From the IMG/VR virus record IMGVR_UViG_2713896770_000036: DNA of 19,591 bases; one strand, given 5' to 3'. Of the stretch, positions 1 through 9,262 are shown one piece after another. How positions within the stretch are numbered: position 1 is the first letter of the stretch; each line of letters starts with the position of its first letter. This DNA comes from a virus (taxonomy: Duplodnaviria > Heunggongvirae > Uroviricota > Caudoviricetes). A program made the position numbers and the translations under genes. The notes below the pieces were generated by a model. That model saw only the letters and a list, made by a program, of their open reading frames with translations. It did no database searches and was not told where the DNA came from.

Positions 1-342
1 ATGATGAAAAAAAGTATTCTGACGTTTCTGTTACTCACCAGTTCTGCAGCGGCGCTGGCTGCACCGCAGGTGATTACCGTCAGTCGTTTTGAAGTGGGTA
101 AAGACAAATGGGCGTTTAATCGCGAAGAGGTGATGCTGACTTGCAGACCGGGTAATGCTTTGTATGTCATTAACCCAAGTACCCTCGTGCAGTATCCTTT
201 AAACGATATCGCACAAAAGGAAGTTGCCAGTGGGAAGACTAAAGCCCAACCCATTTCGGTGATTCAGATTGATGATCCTAACAATCCCGGCGAAAAAATG
301 AGTCTGGCACCGTTTATAGAACGAGCTGAAAAACTCTGTTAA
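1..342 (+). CDS. Secreted/periplasmic hypothetical protein (113 aa) on the chromosomal flank of the prophage; possibly DUF2511/YebY-like
   Basis: Complete ORF, ATG at 1 and TAA at 340-342; N-terminal Sec-type signal peptide [22 protein letters not shown]; followed by a hairpin terminator. Family assignment is from memory and unverified. Confidence 0.6.
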   Translation: MMKKSILTFLLLTSSAAALAAPQVITVSRFEVGKDKWAFNREEVMLTCRPGNALYVINPSTLVQYPLNDIAQKEVASGKTKAQPISVIQIDDPNNPGEKMSLAPFIERAEKLC

Positions 343-371
343 TTACCTAAAATAGCCTTTTGATTTCCAAT

Positions 372-414
372 AAAAAAACCGCCTCAGTTCTTTCACCAGA
401 ACGGGCGGTTTTTA
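372..414 (+). terminator. Hairpin with flanking A-run and T-run downstream of the host gene (possible bidirectional rho-independent terminator)
   Basis: aaaaaaaccgcc...ggcggttttt; GC stem flanked by A-run upstream and T-run downstream, read directly from sequence. Confidence 0.4.
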
Positions 415-569
415 ACATTTCAGCTGATGACCACCACGCTTTTTATTGACCATTTTGCACGCAAACTGGAAAACCTGGCGTCGTCATCTATTCTTAAAGG
501 GCAAGGCAACTAAGCCTGCATTAATGCCAACTTTTAGCGCACGGCTCTCTCCCAAGAGCCATTTCCCTG

Positions 570-603
570 GACCGAATACAGGAATCGTATTCGGTCTCTT
601 TTT
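570..603 (+). terminator. Perfect 10-bp stem, 7-nt loop hairpin followed by a T-run; terminator-like element or att-core-associated structure
   Basis: gaccgaatac-aggaatc-gtattcggtc followed by tcttttt; no ORF upstream of it within 150 bp. Confidence 0.4.
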
Positions 604-636
604 AATTGTATTTAAAATCAATTAGTTGCAAGCGTC

Positions 637-668
637 TCCCCGAAATTCCCCGAAATTTACTCGAATTT
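637..668. repeat. Three tandem CGAAATT(T) repeats at about 10-11 bp spacing next to the int 3' end; candidate arm-type integrase binding sites of attL (P'-arm-like)
   Basis: tccccgaaatt / ccccgaaattt / actcgaattt in direct tandem, helically phased, between the host flank and the integrase gene. Confidence 0.3.
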
Positions 669-734
669 CTGTATTCCGGTCTTTTTTGGTTATATCACAA
701 CCAATATACATTTAACAATCCATTTACGTTAAAA

Positions 735-1811
735 TCAGAGCAGTAAGTACGTTTTTTCTCGCTCATCAAGATACATTTTTGTTGTCTTCTCCGATGTGTG
801 ACCAAGTAGGCGCTGGGCAAATTCTTCTCCACATGTTTCTTTGTACAATCGTCCAGCCAGACTTCTGATCTCGTGAAAAGTTGGTGGGTTTTCACTGAAC
901 TGGATACCTGTTAATTTTCTGGCTGCGACAAATTTTTTTGTCAGGCCATCCGGGTGAATGCTGCCGTCAGGGCTGTTTTTTCTAATCCCGGCACTGATTA
1001 GATAATCTCCCCGGCTTACTAGGCGGCATCGTTCAACTACTGTACCAAGCCGTAGACCAGCGACAGGAAGGCTGAGTGACAGAGGGATAGCAATCATCAT
1101 TCCTGTCTTAATTTGCCTGATGTGGAGACGGTCATCATAAATATCACTGAACCGCATATTCGTTATGTCTTCGCGACGTTGTCCTGTTACAAGGGCTAAA
1201 TCCATAGCTAATGGGAACCATGCCGGAAGTTGATCTGCTGCCTCCCTGATGCAGTTGTATGTCTTTAGTTTCAGTCGTTCTCTTGTAACTACTATTTTCG
1301 GTGCTCTTGTTGGCGTGACTGGATTTTGAGATATACGTCCTTCAACAATGGCCTCGCGAAACATATCAGACAACACAGAACGCATTGATCCTGCCATTGT
1401 GTTTTTCCCTCCTTCAATCCACAAATCAAGAAACTCGGCAATATGGCGAGTGGTTATTTCTGTCAGTAAAATCTCTCCCAATTTTTCTTTTATTGTCTCC
1501 AGTTGATTTACCCGGATTTTATAAGTATTTCTGGACACTTTTCTCCTTATAAGAATCGTTTTGTAACGTTCAATCCAGTCTGCCATAGTAAATGAGTCGA
1601 ACCCTTTAAGCTTTTCAATTAAGGCAGCAGGAGAGTAGTTTTTGTATATATAATGATTTGCTTCAATTGCCTGCGCTACTGCATCTCTTCTTGAAATTTT
1701 ACCTAGTGTAAATTCTTCTTTCGTCAGAGGGTTGCGCCAGTAATATGCTTTGTCCCTCCTTCGATATGTTAAGTTTTTAGGCAAATTGGGATCGTATTTT
1801 TTCCGCTGCAT
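735..1811 (-). CDS. int: Tyrosine site-specific integrase (lambda Int family)
   Basis: 358 aa; alignable by eye to lambda Int including the C-terminal catalytic region (..[14 protein letters not shown].. / ..[13 protein letters not shown]..); located at the prophage end and overlapped by an Xis-like ORF. Confidence 0.9.
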   Translation of the reverse strand: MQRKKYDPNLPKNLTYRRRDKAYYWRNPLTKEEFTLGKISRRDAVAQAIEANHYIYKNYSPAALIEKLKGFDSFTMADWIERYKTILIRRKVSRNTYKIRVNQLETIKEKLGEILLTEITTRHIAEFLDLWIEGGKNTMAGSMRSVLSDMFREAIVEGRISQNPVTPTRAPKIVVTRERLKLKTYNCIREAADQLPAWFPLAMDLALVTGQRREDITNMRFSDIYDDRLHIRQIKTGMMIAIPLSLSLPVAGLRLGTVVERCRLVSRGDYLISAGIRKNSPDGSIHPDGLTKKFVAARKLTGIQFSENPPTFHEIRSLAGRLYKETCGEEFAQRLLGHTSEKTTKMYLDEREKTYLLL

Positions 1812-2064
1812 GTTTTAACTTCTCCAGTAACGGACTGTCTCTCCCTTGTCGCCCATTAGGCTGATGGTGTGTTATATCGGTATCAACCTTATTTTGGTTG
1901 ATATAGAAAGCCTCCGGAACCACCCTGTAACTCCTCCCGTGTAGTTCAGGTGCAGGATAAATGTTTCCATTCCTTGCCCATCGTCTCAGCGTTGATATTG
2001 ATGGTGGATTATCCGGATATCTGAGTTTCCCCCACGTTTTGAGTGTCACAAGATTCATTGCCAT
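1777..2064 (-). CDS. xis: Excisionase (Xis-like)
   Basis: 95 aa; segment LTLKTWGKLRYPDNPPSISTLRRWARNGNIYPAP resembles lambda Xis winged-helix (..TLQEWNARQ..ETVRRWVRE..IFPPP); 3' end overlaps the int start as in lambda. Exact start uncertain. Confidence 0.7.
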   Translation of the reverse strand: MAMNLVTLKTWGKLRYPDNPPSISTLRRWARNGNIYPAPELHGRSYRVVPEAFYINQNKVDTDITHHQPNGRQGRDSPLLEKLKHAAEKIRSQFA

Positions 2065-2164
2065 ACCTCTTACGATATGACCGCCAGTAAATATACAGAA
2101 TACTGGCGGACGTGATTGATTTTTAATAATCAGCTATGAAGTTCTAATTTGGATATAATGCAAC

Positions 2165-2353
2165 TCACGAGGACAGAAGTTTCTCGCAATTAAAATTTAT
2201 CAGTTTTACTTTCTGCTCTCTGGAAACGCCTGCTTCTTTTTTCCCCGAGAGCATTTTTTCGCATTCCGATTTGGTTAACTTTGTTTTTGAGTACCTTGTC
2301 CAGTTAGTAGGAGTGCCACCTTCCTTTTCAATAGTGGCGGTAATTTTATACAT
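2165..2353 (-). CDS. Small hypothetical early protein (62 aa)
   Basis: ORF-track frame 2165..2425 trimmed to the ATG at 2353, which is preceded by a strong SD (ggagg, 5-nt spacer); lies between lar and xis like lambda ea/orf genes. Confidence 0.4.
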   Translation of the reverse strand: MYKITATIEKEGGTPTNWTRYSKTKLTKSECEKMLSGKKEAGVSREQKVKLINFNCEKLLSS

Positions 2354-2582
2354 GAACACCTCCATTATTATTTCCAGTGGTTCGTTTATTCCATCGTTCG
2401 AGTGCTTCTTTTTCACTTCCACCATAGCCGGTTCGGGATTCGCATCCGTTACACTTCGCGCGGTAATATCCTGAAATGGCTTTCACCGTTACTGATGGAC
2501 AACCACAAAAAGGGCATGGTTTGACTTTTGTGTATCGCACTGGTTTTTCTCCTGTGAGCTTTGTGGCTGCGCTCATTTCCAT
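2346..2582 (-). CDS. lar: Lar-family restriction alleviation protein (RalR/Lar-like zinc-finger protein)
   Basis: 78 aa; VKPCPFCGC...[25 protein letters not shown] matches my memory of the Rac Lar/RalR protein and its CPFCG zinc motif; start overlaps the exo stop (translational coupling). Alternative start at second Met (2576). Confidence 0.7.
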   Translation of the reverse strand: MEMSAATKLTGEKPVRYTKVKPCPFCGCPSVTVKAISGYYRAKCNGCESRTGYGGSEKEALERWNKRTTGNNNGGVHV

Positions 2583-3253
2583 TGCTCCCCAAATACAAAA
2601 CCAATTTCAGCCAGTGCCTCGTCCATTTTTTCGATGAATTCTGGCACCATCTCGTCAAAACTCGCCATGTACTTTTCATCCCGCTCAACCACGACATAAT
2701 GCAGGCCTTCACGCTTCATACGCGGGTCATAGTTGGCAAAGTACCAGGCATCTTTTTGCGTCACCCACATGCTGTACTGCACCTGGGCCATGTAAGCCGA
2801 CTTTATGGCCTCGAAACCACCGAGCCGGAACTTCATGAAATCCCGGGAGGTGAACGGGCATTTCAGCTCAAGGCCGTTGCCGTCATTGCATAAACCATCG
2901 GGAGAGCAGGCGGTGCGCATAGTCTCGTCGCGATAGATGATCGGGGATTCAGTAACATCCACGCCGGAAGTAAACTCAAACAGGGCTCTGGCGTCGTTCT
3001 CGTACTGTTTTCCCCAGGCCAGCGCCTTAGCGTTAACTTCAGGAGCCACACCGGTGCAAACCTCGGCAAGCAAGGTGTGGAAGTAGGACATTTTCATGTC
3101 TGGCCACTTTTTTCCTGAGCGGGGTTTTGCTATCACGTTGTGAACGTCTGAAGCTGTGATGACACCTAGCCGTAATTTGTGCCACGCATCATCTCCCTGT
3201 TCGACAGTTATCACGTCGATCCCGGTACGCTGCAGGATAATGTCTGGTGTCAT
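2573..3253 (-). CDS. exo: Lambda-type exonuclease (Red alpha)
   Basis: 226 aa; near-identical by recall to lambda Exo ([14 protein letters not shown]...GQSN-free, ...FVFGEQWK); ATGA overlap with bet. Confidence 0.95.
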   Translation of the reverse strand: MTPDIILQRTGIDVITVEQGDDAWHKLRLGVITASDVHNVIAKPRSGKKWPDMKMSYFHTLLAEVCTGVAPEVNAKALAWGKQYENDARALFEFTSGVDVTESPIIYRDETMRTACSPDGLCNDGNGLELKCPFTSRDFMKFRLGGFEAIKSAYMAQVQYSMWVTQKDAWYFANYDPRMKREGLHYVVVERDEKYMASFDEMVPEFIEKMDEALAEIGFVFGEQWK

Positions 3254-4035
3254 GCTGCCACCTTCTGCCCTGCGGCTTTCTGTTTCAGGAATCCAAGAGC
3301 TTTTACCGCCTCGGCTTGTGTCAGTTCTGACGATGCGCGAATGTCGCGGCGAAGTATCTGGGAACAGAGCGGCAATAAGTCCTCATCCCATGTTTTACCC
3401 AGGGCGATTAGCAGAGCGTTAATCTCCTGCATGGTTTCATCGTTAACCGGAGTGATGTCGCGTTCCGGCTGACTTTCCGCAGTGTATGCGGCGTTTTCGA
3501 CAATGCGCTCGGCCTCATCCTTGTCATAGATGCCAGCAAATCCGAAGGCCAGACGGGCACACTGGATCATGGCTTTATGCCGTAACATCCGTTTGGGATG
3601 CGACTGCCACGGCCCCGTGATTTCTCTGCCTTCGCTGGTTTTGAATGGTGCGCGGCGGCATTCATCCATCCACTCGGTAACGCAGATCGGATGATTACGG
3701 TCTTTGCGGTAAATCCGGCATGTACAAGATTCATTGTCCTGCTCAAAGTCCATGCCATCAAACTGCTGGTTTTCATTGATGATGCGTGACCAGCCATCAA
3801 CGCCCACCACCGGAACGATACCGTTCTGCTTATCAGGGAAGGCGTAAATCTCTTTCGTCCACGGATTAAGGCCGTACTGGTTGGCGACGATCAGCAGTGC
3901 GATAAACTGCGCATCGCTGGCATTGCCTTTAAATGCCGTCTGGCGAAGAGTGGCGATCAGTTCCTGCGGGTCGACAGTATCCATGCCGACACGTTCAGCC
4001 AGCTTCCCGGCCAGTGTTGCAAGTGCTGTACTCAT
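3250..4035 (-). CDS. bet: Single-strand annealing protein Bet (Red beta)
   Basis: 261 aa; near-identical by recall to lambda Bet ([19 protein letters not shown]...[18 protein letters not shown]). Confidence 0.95.
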   Translation of the reverse strand: MSTALATLAGKLAERVGMDTVDPQELIATLRQTAFKGNASDAQFIALLIVANQYGLNPWTKEIYAFPDKQNGIVPVVGVDGWSRIINENQQFDGMDFEQDNESCTCRIYRKDRNHPICVTEWMDECRRAPFKTSEGREITGPWQSHPKRMLRHKAMIQCARLAFGFAGIYDKDEAERIVENAAYTAESQPERDITPVNDETMQEINALLIALGKTWDEDLLPLCSQILRRDIRASSELTQAEAVKALGFLKQKAAGQKVAA

Positions 4036-4040
4036 TTGTT

Positions 4041-4340
4041 TTATACCTCTGAATCAATATCAACCTGGTGACGAGCAATGGTTTCAACCATGTACCGGAT
4101 GTGTTCTGCCATGCGTTCCTGAAATTCAACATCGTCATCAAATGCGCGACTGATTGCCTGTTTGCTGGCACCGTGGCGTTGCAAATGGTCGATGCAGAGC
4201 GATTCAAACAGGTGCTGAGGCAGACCTTTTTCCAGGTCGTCCGCCAGTTCCGTTTCTTTTTCTTCGCGAACGATCTTCTGGTAGTGGCGTGACCATGCCA
4301 GCTCTTCAATGCGATCAAAAATCGGGCATGTGCTCATCAT
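4041..4340 (-). CDS. gam: Gam, RecBCD inhibitor (short form)
   Basis: 99 aa; C-terminal 80 aa essentially match lambda Gam (..[40 protein letters not shown]...VDIDSEV); N-terminus diverges, start codon uncertain. Confidence 0.85.
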   Translation of the reverse strand: MMSTCPIFDRIEELAWSRHYQKIVREEKETELADDLEKGLPQHLFESLCIDHLQRHGASKQAISRAFDDDVEFQERMAEHIRYMVETIARHQVDIDSEV

Positions 4341-6330
4341 CTGTTACCCCAAAATTTTCAAGTTTGTTTGCGATCATCATTGCAATACCCGGAATTAATG
4401 GCGCTGAGGCTATACCTGCAGGATTCGCACATAAACCGTAAACCGCCGCAATCACCACTTGTCTTTTCCAGTCGAGTTTTTCTAATGATGAAGCTGTTGC
4501 TTCGCCAGTTTCATCACTGCAATCGCGATGCGGATCGCTGCCAGCATTCTCCTTGTGTGGATGTTCAGCGCCTTCCATTTTCTCCGGCTCATTTTCCCGA
4601 ACTTCAACCTGATTCTCGTCATCGAATGTTTCCTGATATGTTGCGTCGCCCATCACCGCACCACAGTCAGGGCAGTTATCCCCGCCAGACTGACCGCAGG
4701 CGGTGCAAACTTTCTCCGTTTCCTGTTGTTGCACTACTGGCTCAGGCTGTTTCGTTTCTGGCTCGTTTTGTTGCGTATTTTGGTCGTTCTGTTCCGTTTC
4801 TGGCTGATTCTGGTATATAGAGTCGCGGGTCTGGATCCCCTTAACCCATTTCGGATCATTCGGGTCGCTAATCCCTTCAACAAATTCTCCGCGAGAGGCA
4901 GCCAGTAATTTGTCTGTATCGACAGGATTTTTGGGCGGAATGTTTTTCCGGGCTTCATGGAGTTCTGCCCGCAGTTTCTGATATTTCGCATCAACAGAAT
5001 TTACCTGTGACTGAGCATCCAGCGGCTGCGTGTCCTGATGATGTTCAGTTGCATCCGGTTCCACTGTTTCAGCCGTTGCCTGTTCATCTGCCATTGCGCA
5101 AGATGGTTGCAGTTTTTCTTCATCATCCTGTTTTTCTTCTTCTGTTACACGCTGCGGCATCGGGGCAGAGGAACGACCGCAGGCAATATCCACGATTTCT
5201 GGATCAGGGTTGGCATGATCAGTTTCAGTCAGTACTTTGTTCAGATATTCAGTGACGTGTGCGGGGATAACCTCGATCCCAATTGGTGCTTCTTTTACGG
5301 ACGCAACCACGATGGCGCGGGAATAATCCAGCCCGCCAGGCATGGTGATGAATTTGTCGCGGAAAACAGAAAAGGGTGGTTTATTTTCAGCGATAATTTC
5401 CTCGACACGTTTAGCGTGTGCCGGATGAAGGTTATAAATGTCCACGTCCATTGAACGAGCCAGTACGCCAGTGGCTACGTCGCGCGCCAGTGACGTCAGA
5501 TCGTGAACGAAACCTTCGCCGCGATCGGTGAGGTTCCCGCCGCCAGCATTAGCGCCGGAAGCCGTGCGCGTGATGCGTGAAACACGATTTCCTTTTCGCC
5601 ATTCTTTTGTCAGAAGACCGCGATCAATGTGTTCGGTATCCAGCCAGGCTGAAATGAAATTCTTAAATTCATAGGGCTGATGTTTTTTCGTGATAGAGAA
5701 CACTGCCTTAATTGCATCAGTCAGGCGGAGCAGGGCGGCATTATCCAGAGTTGTCGGTTCTGCCATGCTGCGTATGGCCAACAGCAGATTCTGGACATAG
5801 CTGTTTTCCTGATCCATCTCAAGAGCAGTAATGTGTTTGCGTTGTTCACGGGTGGCATGATGCAGGTATTTCCGATCCCCGGCTGCATACGTAAAAATGT
5901 GCAGAAGACGCTGTGTGAACCGCAAAGTGGCTACAGAGACTTCGCAATCCTGGCAATCCTCGTGGGCGTCTGCCTGCGCGTTTTCTTCCTGGCCTCCCGC
6001 CAGTTCTTTGGTTTCTTGAGCATTATCCTGGTGGTGAACGTCGTCTGGCGCTGCTCCCGGTTTTAGTTCCCAGGTCATGGAGTCTTTGCTGAGTTGATAG
6101 CGGTCACTCCAGGTAAAATCGATCTCACCTTCAGGGGGAAGGTCATTAACGACAGGAAAATTCGTGGCAACAGGTTTAAAATAGCTGCTCAGTTTTTTGC
6201 CTGACTTAACGAGCAGGTAGTCCAGAGTGGCACAGGTCGATTCAAAATCGTCGCTTGCCCACAGGACGACGTCAGGTTCACCGGATGATTTTTTCGCTTT
6301 CCGTAACAGGAAGAGTGGTTTTGTGCTCAT
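4315..6330 (-). CDS. Large early-left-operon protein of unknown function (671 aa), acidic, with C-x2-C...C-x2-C zinc-ribbon motif
   Basis: Long uninterrupted ORF in the leftward operon; contains [15 protein letters not shown] and long Glu/Asp/Gln-rich low-complexity tracts; 3' end overlaps the gam start by 26 nt in another frame. No family recognised. Confidence 0.7.
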   Translation of the reverse strand: MSTKPLFLLRKAKKSSGEPDVVLWASDDFESTCATLDYLLVKSGKKLSSYFKPVATNFPVVNDLPPEGEIDFTWSDRYQLSKDSMTWELKPGAAPDDVHHQDNAQETKELAGGQEENAQADAHEDCQDCEVSVATLRFTQRLLHIFTYAAGDRKYLHHATREQRKHITALEMDQENSYVQNLLLAIRSMAEPTTLDNAALLRLTDAIKAVFSITKKHQPYEFKNFISAWLDTEHIDRGLLTKEWRKGNRVSRITRTASGANAGGGNLTDRGEGFVHDLTSLARDVATGVLARSMDVDIYNLHPAHAKRVEEIIAENKPPFSVFRDKFITMPGGLDYSRAIVVASVKEAPIGIEVIPAHVTEYLNKVLTETDHANPDPEIVDIACGRSSAPMPQRVTEEEKQDDEEKLQPSCAMADEQATAETVEPDATEHHQDTQPLDAQSQVNSVDAKYQKLRAELHEARKNIPPKNPVDTDKLLAASRGEFVEGISDPNDPKWVKGIQTRDSIYQNQPETEQNDQNTQQNEPETKQPEPVVQQQETEKVCTACGQSGGDNCPDCGAVMGDATYQETFDDENQVEVRENEPEKMEGAEHPHKENAGSDPHRDCSDETGEATASSLEKLDWKRQVVIAAVYGLCANPAGIASAPLIPGIAMMIANKLENFGVTDDEHMPDF

Positions 6331-6401
6331 TGTTTTTTAACCTCAACTCAGATTAAAATTCGTTTTGTTCAGTGAATGATCTTGCCGGATACACACTGTT
6401 C

Positions 6402-6426
6402 ATAGCCTGCGTATGGCGCAGGCTAT
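6402..6426. repeat. Perfect 10-bp inverted repeat (atagcctgcg-tatgg-cgcaggctat) in the intergenic gap of the leftward operon
   Basis: Read directly; sits between the stop of the 6432..6708 gene and the start of the 671-aa gene; possible RNA processing/attenuator structure or protein site. Confidence 0.35.
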
Positions 6427-6431
6427 TTCTT

Positions 6432-6708
6432 TCAGATTTCACCGCCTAATTTCATTGCAATCAGAGTTGCCAGAAATCCGGCTTTTTTTTCTGCGGGCAG
6501 ATTCTTTCCGATGTGAACCAGGCACATTTTTGTGACACCTTCATCAAGTGTTTTTACGTTGCCTGATGGACCGTCGATATCAACCACAGTGAATGGGGTT
6601 TCTTTATTTTCTGTTTTAATCACGTAGCCAATACGCTTTCCTTCCAGATTAACCTCGTGAACAATGTCATCGGTCGTTACAACAGTGGCTTCATAACTGG
6701 TAATCATG
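6432..6708 (-). CDS. Hypothetical early protein (91 aa)
   Basis: ORF-track frame 6432..6755 trimmed to the ATG at 6708 preceded by aaggag SD (revcomp of ctcctt at 6715-6720 region). Confidence 0.5.
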
Positions 6709-6781
6709 TTTTTCTCCTTAATTAAGGTTGAGCGAATCCCTGCCATTGCTGGCATAAATTTAGTTTCGGATAGTCAGTTAA

Positions 6782-6958
6782 TTAAAGTTCGTGTGCCATC
6801 TGGTCTTTTTCGGCACAGATTTCACTACAATATTTTTTCATTTCCGTCGTTGGTATAACTCCACGCATGAAATGAAGTGGTCTTGTAATGATTTTGCTTT
6901 CTTCAATTTCTTTATTGCAAAGGTGATAAGCACATTTTATTTTCTTAGTTATTACCAT
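6782..6958 (-). CDS. Small Cys-rich hypothetical protein (58 aa; [24 protein letters not shown]...[16 protein letters not shown])
   Basis: Hand-translated minus-strand ORF below the 60-aa cutoff of the track; two Cys pairs (C-x4-C, C-x3-C); start overlaps the stop of the upstream 77-aa gene. Short SD spacing, so tentative. Confidence 0.3.
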   Translation of the reverse strand: MVITKKIKCAYHLCNKEIEESKIITRPLHFMRGVIPTTEMKKYCSEICAEKDQMAHEL

Positions 6959-7185
6959 GACTCCGCCTTTACAGGTAAACCATCACGACCGAGGAAGACT
7001 TTAATCATGCAGTCAGAAATGCATGTTTTTGTAGTCAGGCTACGAATATAAAGTTTTCGCTTTTTAATATTGTTTGCCGAGGCGATATATGTCCGACCTT
7101 CATGAAGAACATAATCGCCAGGGGTCACACACTGACGTGGTATTTCATCAGTTCCGAAGTGATGAGCAATCATAATTATCTCCAT
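6952..7185 (-). CDS. Hypothetical early protein (77 aa)
   Basis: ORF in the same orientation and register as the leftward operon; no family recognised. Confidence 0.45.
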   Translation of the reverse strand: MEIIMIAHHFGTDEIPRQCVTPGDYVLHEGRTYIASANNIKKRKLYIRSLTTKTCISDCMIKVFLGRDGLPVKAESW

Positions 7186-7581
7186 TTTTACAAATGAATT
7201 TTGTCGATACGGTGCCTGGTGCCTCCAGGTGACGTTAACCAGTTAACAATTAACGCCGGATAATCCACCCATAACACTGATGCTTTTAACTGTGCCGCGT
7301 GCGCTTAGCCGCATTCACCGCATCACAAAATTCACTTTAAAAAGGGGCGGCAGGGCAGCCACGGAGTAGAACTGATGCCGCCAAAGACTACACATAGCAA
7401 TGTCGTTATTTACAACCGGAGGCGCACTCCCACCATTTAAATTTAACAGACAAGACCGACTCTTTATGGATATCGGAAATGCGCCTTCGTGTTGTGCCCG
7501 GTTTTATTTCACCACCTCCGGGCTTTGGTGGTTTCTGCTATACCCCTACAGCGAGAATATTGAATTAATCCAAATAATGGA

Positions 7582-7797
7582 TTAGCAAGTATTTCTGGCA
7601 AGCCAGCGACGTGCGCCAGCTTCGGTTTTAAACGTTTTGCTTTTGGTATACGTCATGGCGGTGAATGTGCCGTCCTGATTGGGAAACACGCCACATACCA
7701 GAGATTCGTTGTTGCCAAGATCGATAGTATCCATGTTGACCTCATTTCCCCTTAACGCCGGGTGGCGGAACGTTTTATCTACTGCGCTTTGTATCAA
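7582..7797 (-). CDS. Small hypothetical protein, first gene of leftward operon (71 aa, or 50 aa if started at ATG 7734)
   Basis: Internal Met at 7734 has a GAGG SD 6 nt upstream (MDTIDLGNNESLVCGVFPNQDG...); resembles small Rac-type proteins found next to the repressor, but this is memory-based. Confidence 0.4.
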   Translation of the reverse strand: MIQSAVDKTFRHPALRGNEVNMDTIDLGNNESLVCGVFPNQDGTFTAMTYTKSKTFKTEAGARRWLARNTC

Positions 7798-7983
7798 TCA
7801 ACAACTGCCGTCATGTTCGTATGCCTCAGGCTGGCTACTTAGCCCTGTTCAGTGGCTGGATAACTCGAGGTATTGTCCTGCCGTTCTCTGGTGGGGCGTT
7901 GTTTGGATATGCTTATTAAACACAATACGTTTTCTTGTGTCAACACGAAATGTGTTTTGTGGTGGGTGTCATATGATGATGGT

Positions 7984-8009
7984 ACAAAAAAGCCCGCTGA
8001 TAGCGGGCT
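7984..8009 (-). terminator. Rho-independent terminator downstream of the repressor gene
   Basis: Perfect 7-bp stem agcccgc-tgata-gcgggct; on the minus strand it is followed by a T-run (plus-strand A-run 7985-7990), 30 bp after the repressor stop. Confidence 0.5.
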
Positions 8010-8039
8010 GATTGGCATATTACTGTGATAGCAAGATCA

Positions 8040-8459
8040 TTACTCCGGTGGGGGATTATCTTTAAGCCTGCCTCTCAAATATTTTTCTACATACTCATCG
8101 ATTTCTTTTAGCCGGACTTCAAATAACTCAATCATTCGTTGTTGTTCTGAGCCCGGTAGCTGGTTAAACAACTCAAGAAGTTTTCGTTGGGATTCATTTA
8201 ACCACAATTCAGAAGATTCCTGTTCTCCAAAGAGGAGCTCAGGAGGAGATATGCCAAGTGCCTTTCCCAATACGACAGCGTCATGCACTCCAACATTTCT
8301 GCTGCCCGCCTCATAGTTACCTATACGCGATTGCGTCCATCCGCAGATTTCAGCAAGTTTTCCTTGAGATAAACCAAGCTTCTGCCTGCGCTCTTTAAGA
8401 CGCATTGCAATTTTGTCATTGAGCCTACTAGCGGCAATTTTTTCGTTTTCTTTTTCCAT
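8040..8459 (-). CDS. Prophage repressor, HTH XRE family, DicA/RacR-like (no S24 peptidase domain)
   Basis: 139 aa; N-terminal HTH (LKERRQKLGLSQGKLAEICGWTQSRIGNYEAG), C-terminal segment LLELFNQLPGSEQQRMIELFE resembles DicA; divergent from a Cro-like gene. Confidence 0.85.
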   Translation of the reverse strand: MEKENEKIAASRLNDKIAMRLKERRQKLGLSQGKLAEICGWTQSRIGNYEAGSRNVGVHDAVVLGKALGISPPELLFGEQESSELWLNESQRKLLELFNQLPGSEQQRMIELFEVRLKEIDEYVEKYLRGRLKDNPPPE

Positions 8460-8470
8460 TGCATCCTTGT

Positions 8471-8537
8471 ATCACGAATCGTGATTTACATAAAACACAA
8501 AACAGCTTGACCATATAACACAAGGTGTGTTTAAAAT
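8471..8537. promoter_or_regulatory. Divergent immunity promoter/operator region with two palindromes and a candidate rightward promoter
   Basis: Perfect 15-bp palindrome atcacgaatcgtgat (8471-8485); second palindrome aacaca-agg-tgtgtt (8517-8531); TTGACC (8507-8512) with TTTAAA/TAAAAT downstream as -35/-10 candidates before the Cro-like gene. Confidence 0.4.
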
Positions 8538-8555
8538 TGTCATCGGAGGTTTTCA

Positions 8556-8798
8556 ATGAACAAAATTTCAACATATCGAAAACAGCTTGGGTTGTCTCAA
8601 AGACAACTCGCTGTTCAGTTAGGGTGGATACAAAGCCGACTGGCAAATTACGAAGCAAATTTTCGTACCCCTGGGCTAGAGGAGTGCAGAAAAATTGTTT
8701 CTACCCTTAATCGGCTTGGCGCTCATTGTGGACTTGACGATGTATTCCCCCCAGACGGTAAGCATAGCGAAAACAGCATAGGAGCGGTTGATTCATGA
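8556..8798 (+). CDS. Cro-like HTH protein (YdaS-like)
   Basis: 80 aa; HTH motif LGLSQRQLAVQLGWIQSRLANYE; divergent from the repressor; SD ggagg 7 nt upstream of ATG. Confidence 0.75.
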   Translation: MNKISTYRKQLGLSQRQLAVQLGWIQSRLANYEANFRTPGLEECRKIVSTLNRLGAHCGLDDVFPPDGKHSENSIGAVDS

Positions 8799-9217
8799 AA
8801 ATCAGGCATGAGCATATCGAATCAGTGTTGTTGGCCCTGGCAGCCGAAAAAGGGCAGGCGTGGGTCGCTAACGCAATTACTGAAGAATATCTGCGCCAGG
8901 GGGGCGGCGAATTGCCCCTTGTACCAGGCAAGGACTGGAACAATCAGCAGAATATCTATCACCGTTGGTTGAAAGGTGAAACGAAAGCGCAAAGGGAAAA
9001 AATTCAGAAACTGATCCCTGCGGTTCTGGCAATTCTTCCGCGCGAGCTGCGTCACCGACTCCGTATCTTCGATACCCTGGAACGCCGTGCATTACTGGCG
9101 GCGCAGGAAGCGTTGAGTACGGCAATTGATGCGCATGATGATGCAGTCCAGGCCGTTTACCGGAAAGCACATTTCAGCGGTGGTGGGTCGCCCGGCGATT
9201 CTGTCGTAGTGCATTGA
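8795..9217 (+). CDS. YdaT-like protein (CII-like regulator / YdaT toxin domain family)
   Basis: 140 aa; ATGA overlap with the Cro-like gene; size, position (repressor-cro-this gene-replication genes) and sequence recall match Rac YdaT. Not verified by search. Confidence 0.7.
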   Translation: MKIRHEHIESVLLALAAEKGQAWVANAITEEYLRQGGGELPLVPGKDWNNQQNIYHRWLKGETKAQREKIQKLIPAVLAILPRELRHRLRIFDTLERRALLAAQEALSTAIDAHDDAVQAVYRKAHFSGGGSPGDSVVVH

Positions 9218-9262
9218 TTGAAATTGATCGTGCCGGATTGTTTTGTTCGGTATCAGTTAAAT

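Noticed and set aside
695..895. 66-aa minus-strand ORF overlapping the integrase 3' end
   Set aside because: Alternative frame inside the well-supported int gene; no independent signals.
2449..3472. ORFs overlapping exo and bet in other frames or on the plus strand (2449..2712, 2561..2893, 2863..3069, 3156..3422, 3179..3472)
   Set aside because: exo and bet are near-identical to lambda over their full length, so the overlapping frames are shadow ORFs.
4368..6066. Plus-strand ORFs (4368..4820, 4528..4908, 5007..5255, 5038..5454, 5680..6066) opposite the 671-aa gene
   Set aside because: All lie antisense within a long minus-strand coding region and are Ser/Arg/Leu/Phe-rich shadow frames with no SD-start pairing and no recognisable motifs.
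7186..7581. Possible N-like antiterminator gene or nutL site in the gap left of the repressor; also plus-strand ORFs 7400..7585 and 7679..8011
   Set aside because: No convincing ORF with an SD on the minus strand and no recognisable boxA/boxB; the plus-strand ORFs lack starts with SD and motifs. A GGCGGCA...TGCCGCC inverted repeat at about 7340-7388 is noted but not interpretable.
8428..9170. ORFs 8428..8658(-), 8525..8710(+), 8707..8943(-), 8822..9055(-), 8877..9170(-) across the immunity region
   Set aside because: They overlap the repressor, Cro-like and YdaT-like genes, which have clear HTH motifs and coupled starts; the alternatives have no motifs or SD sequences.
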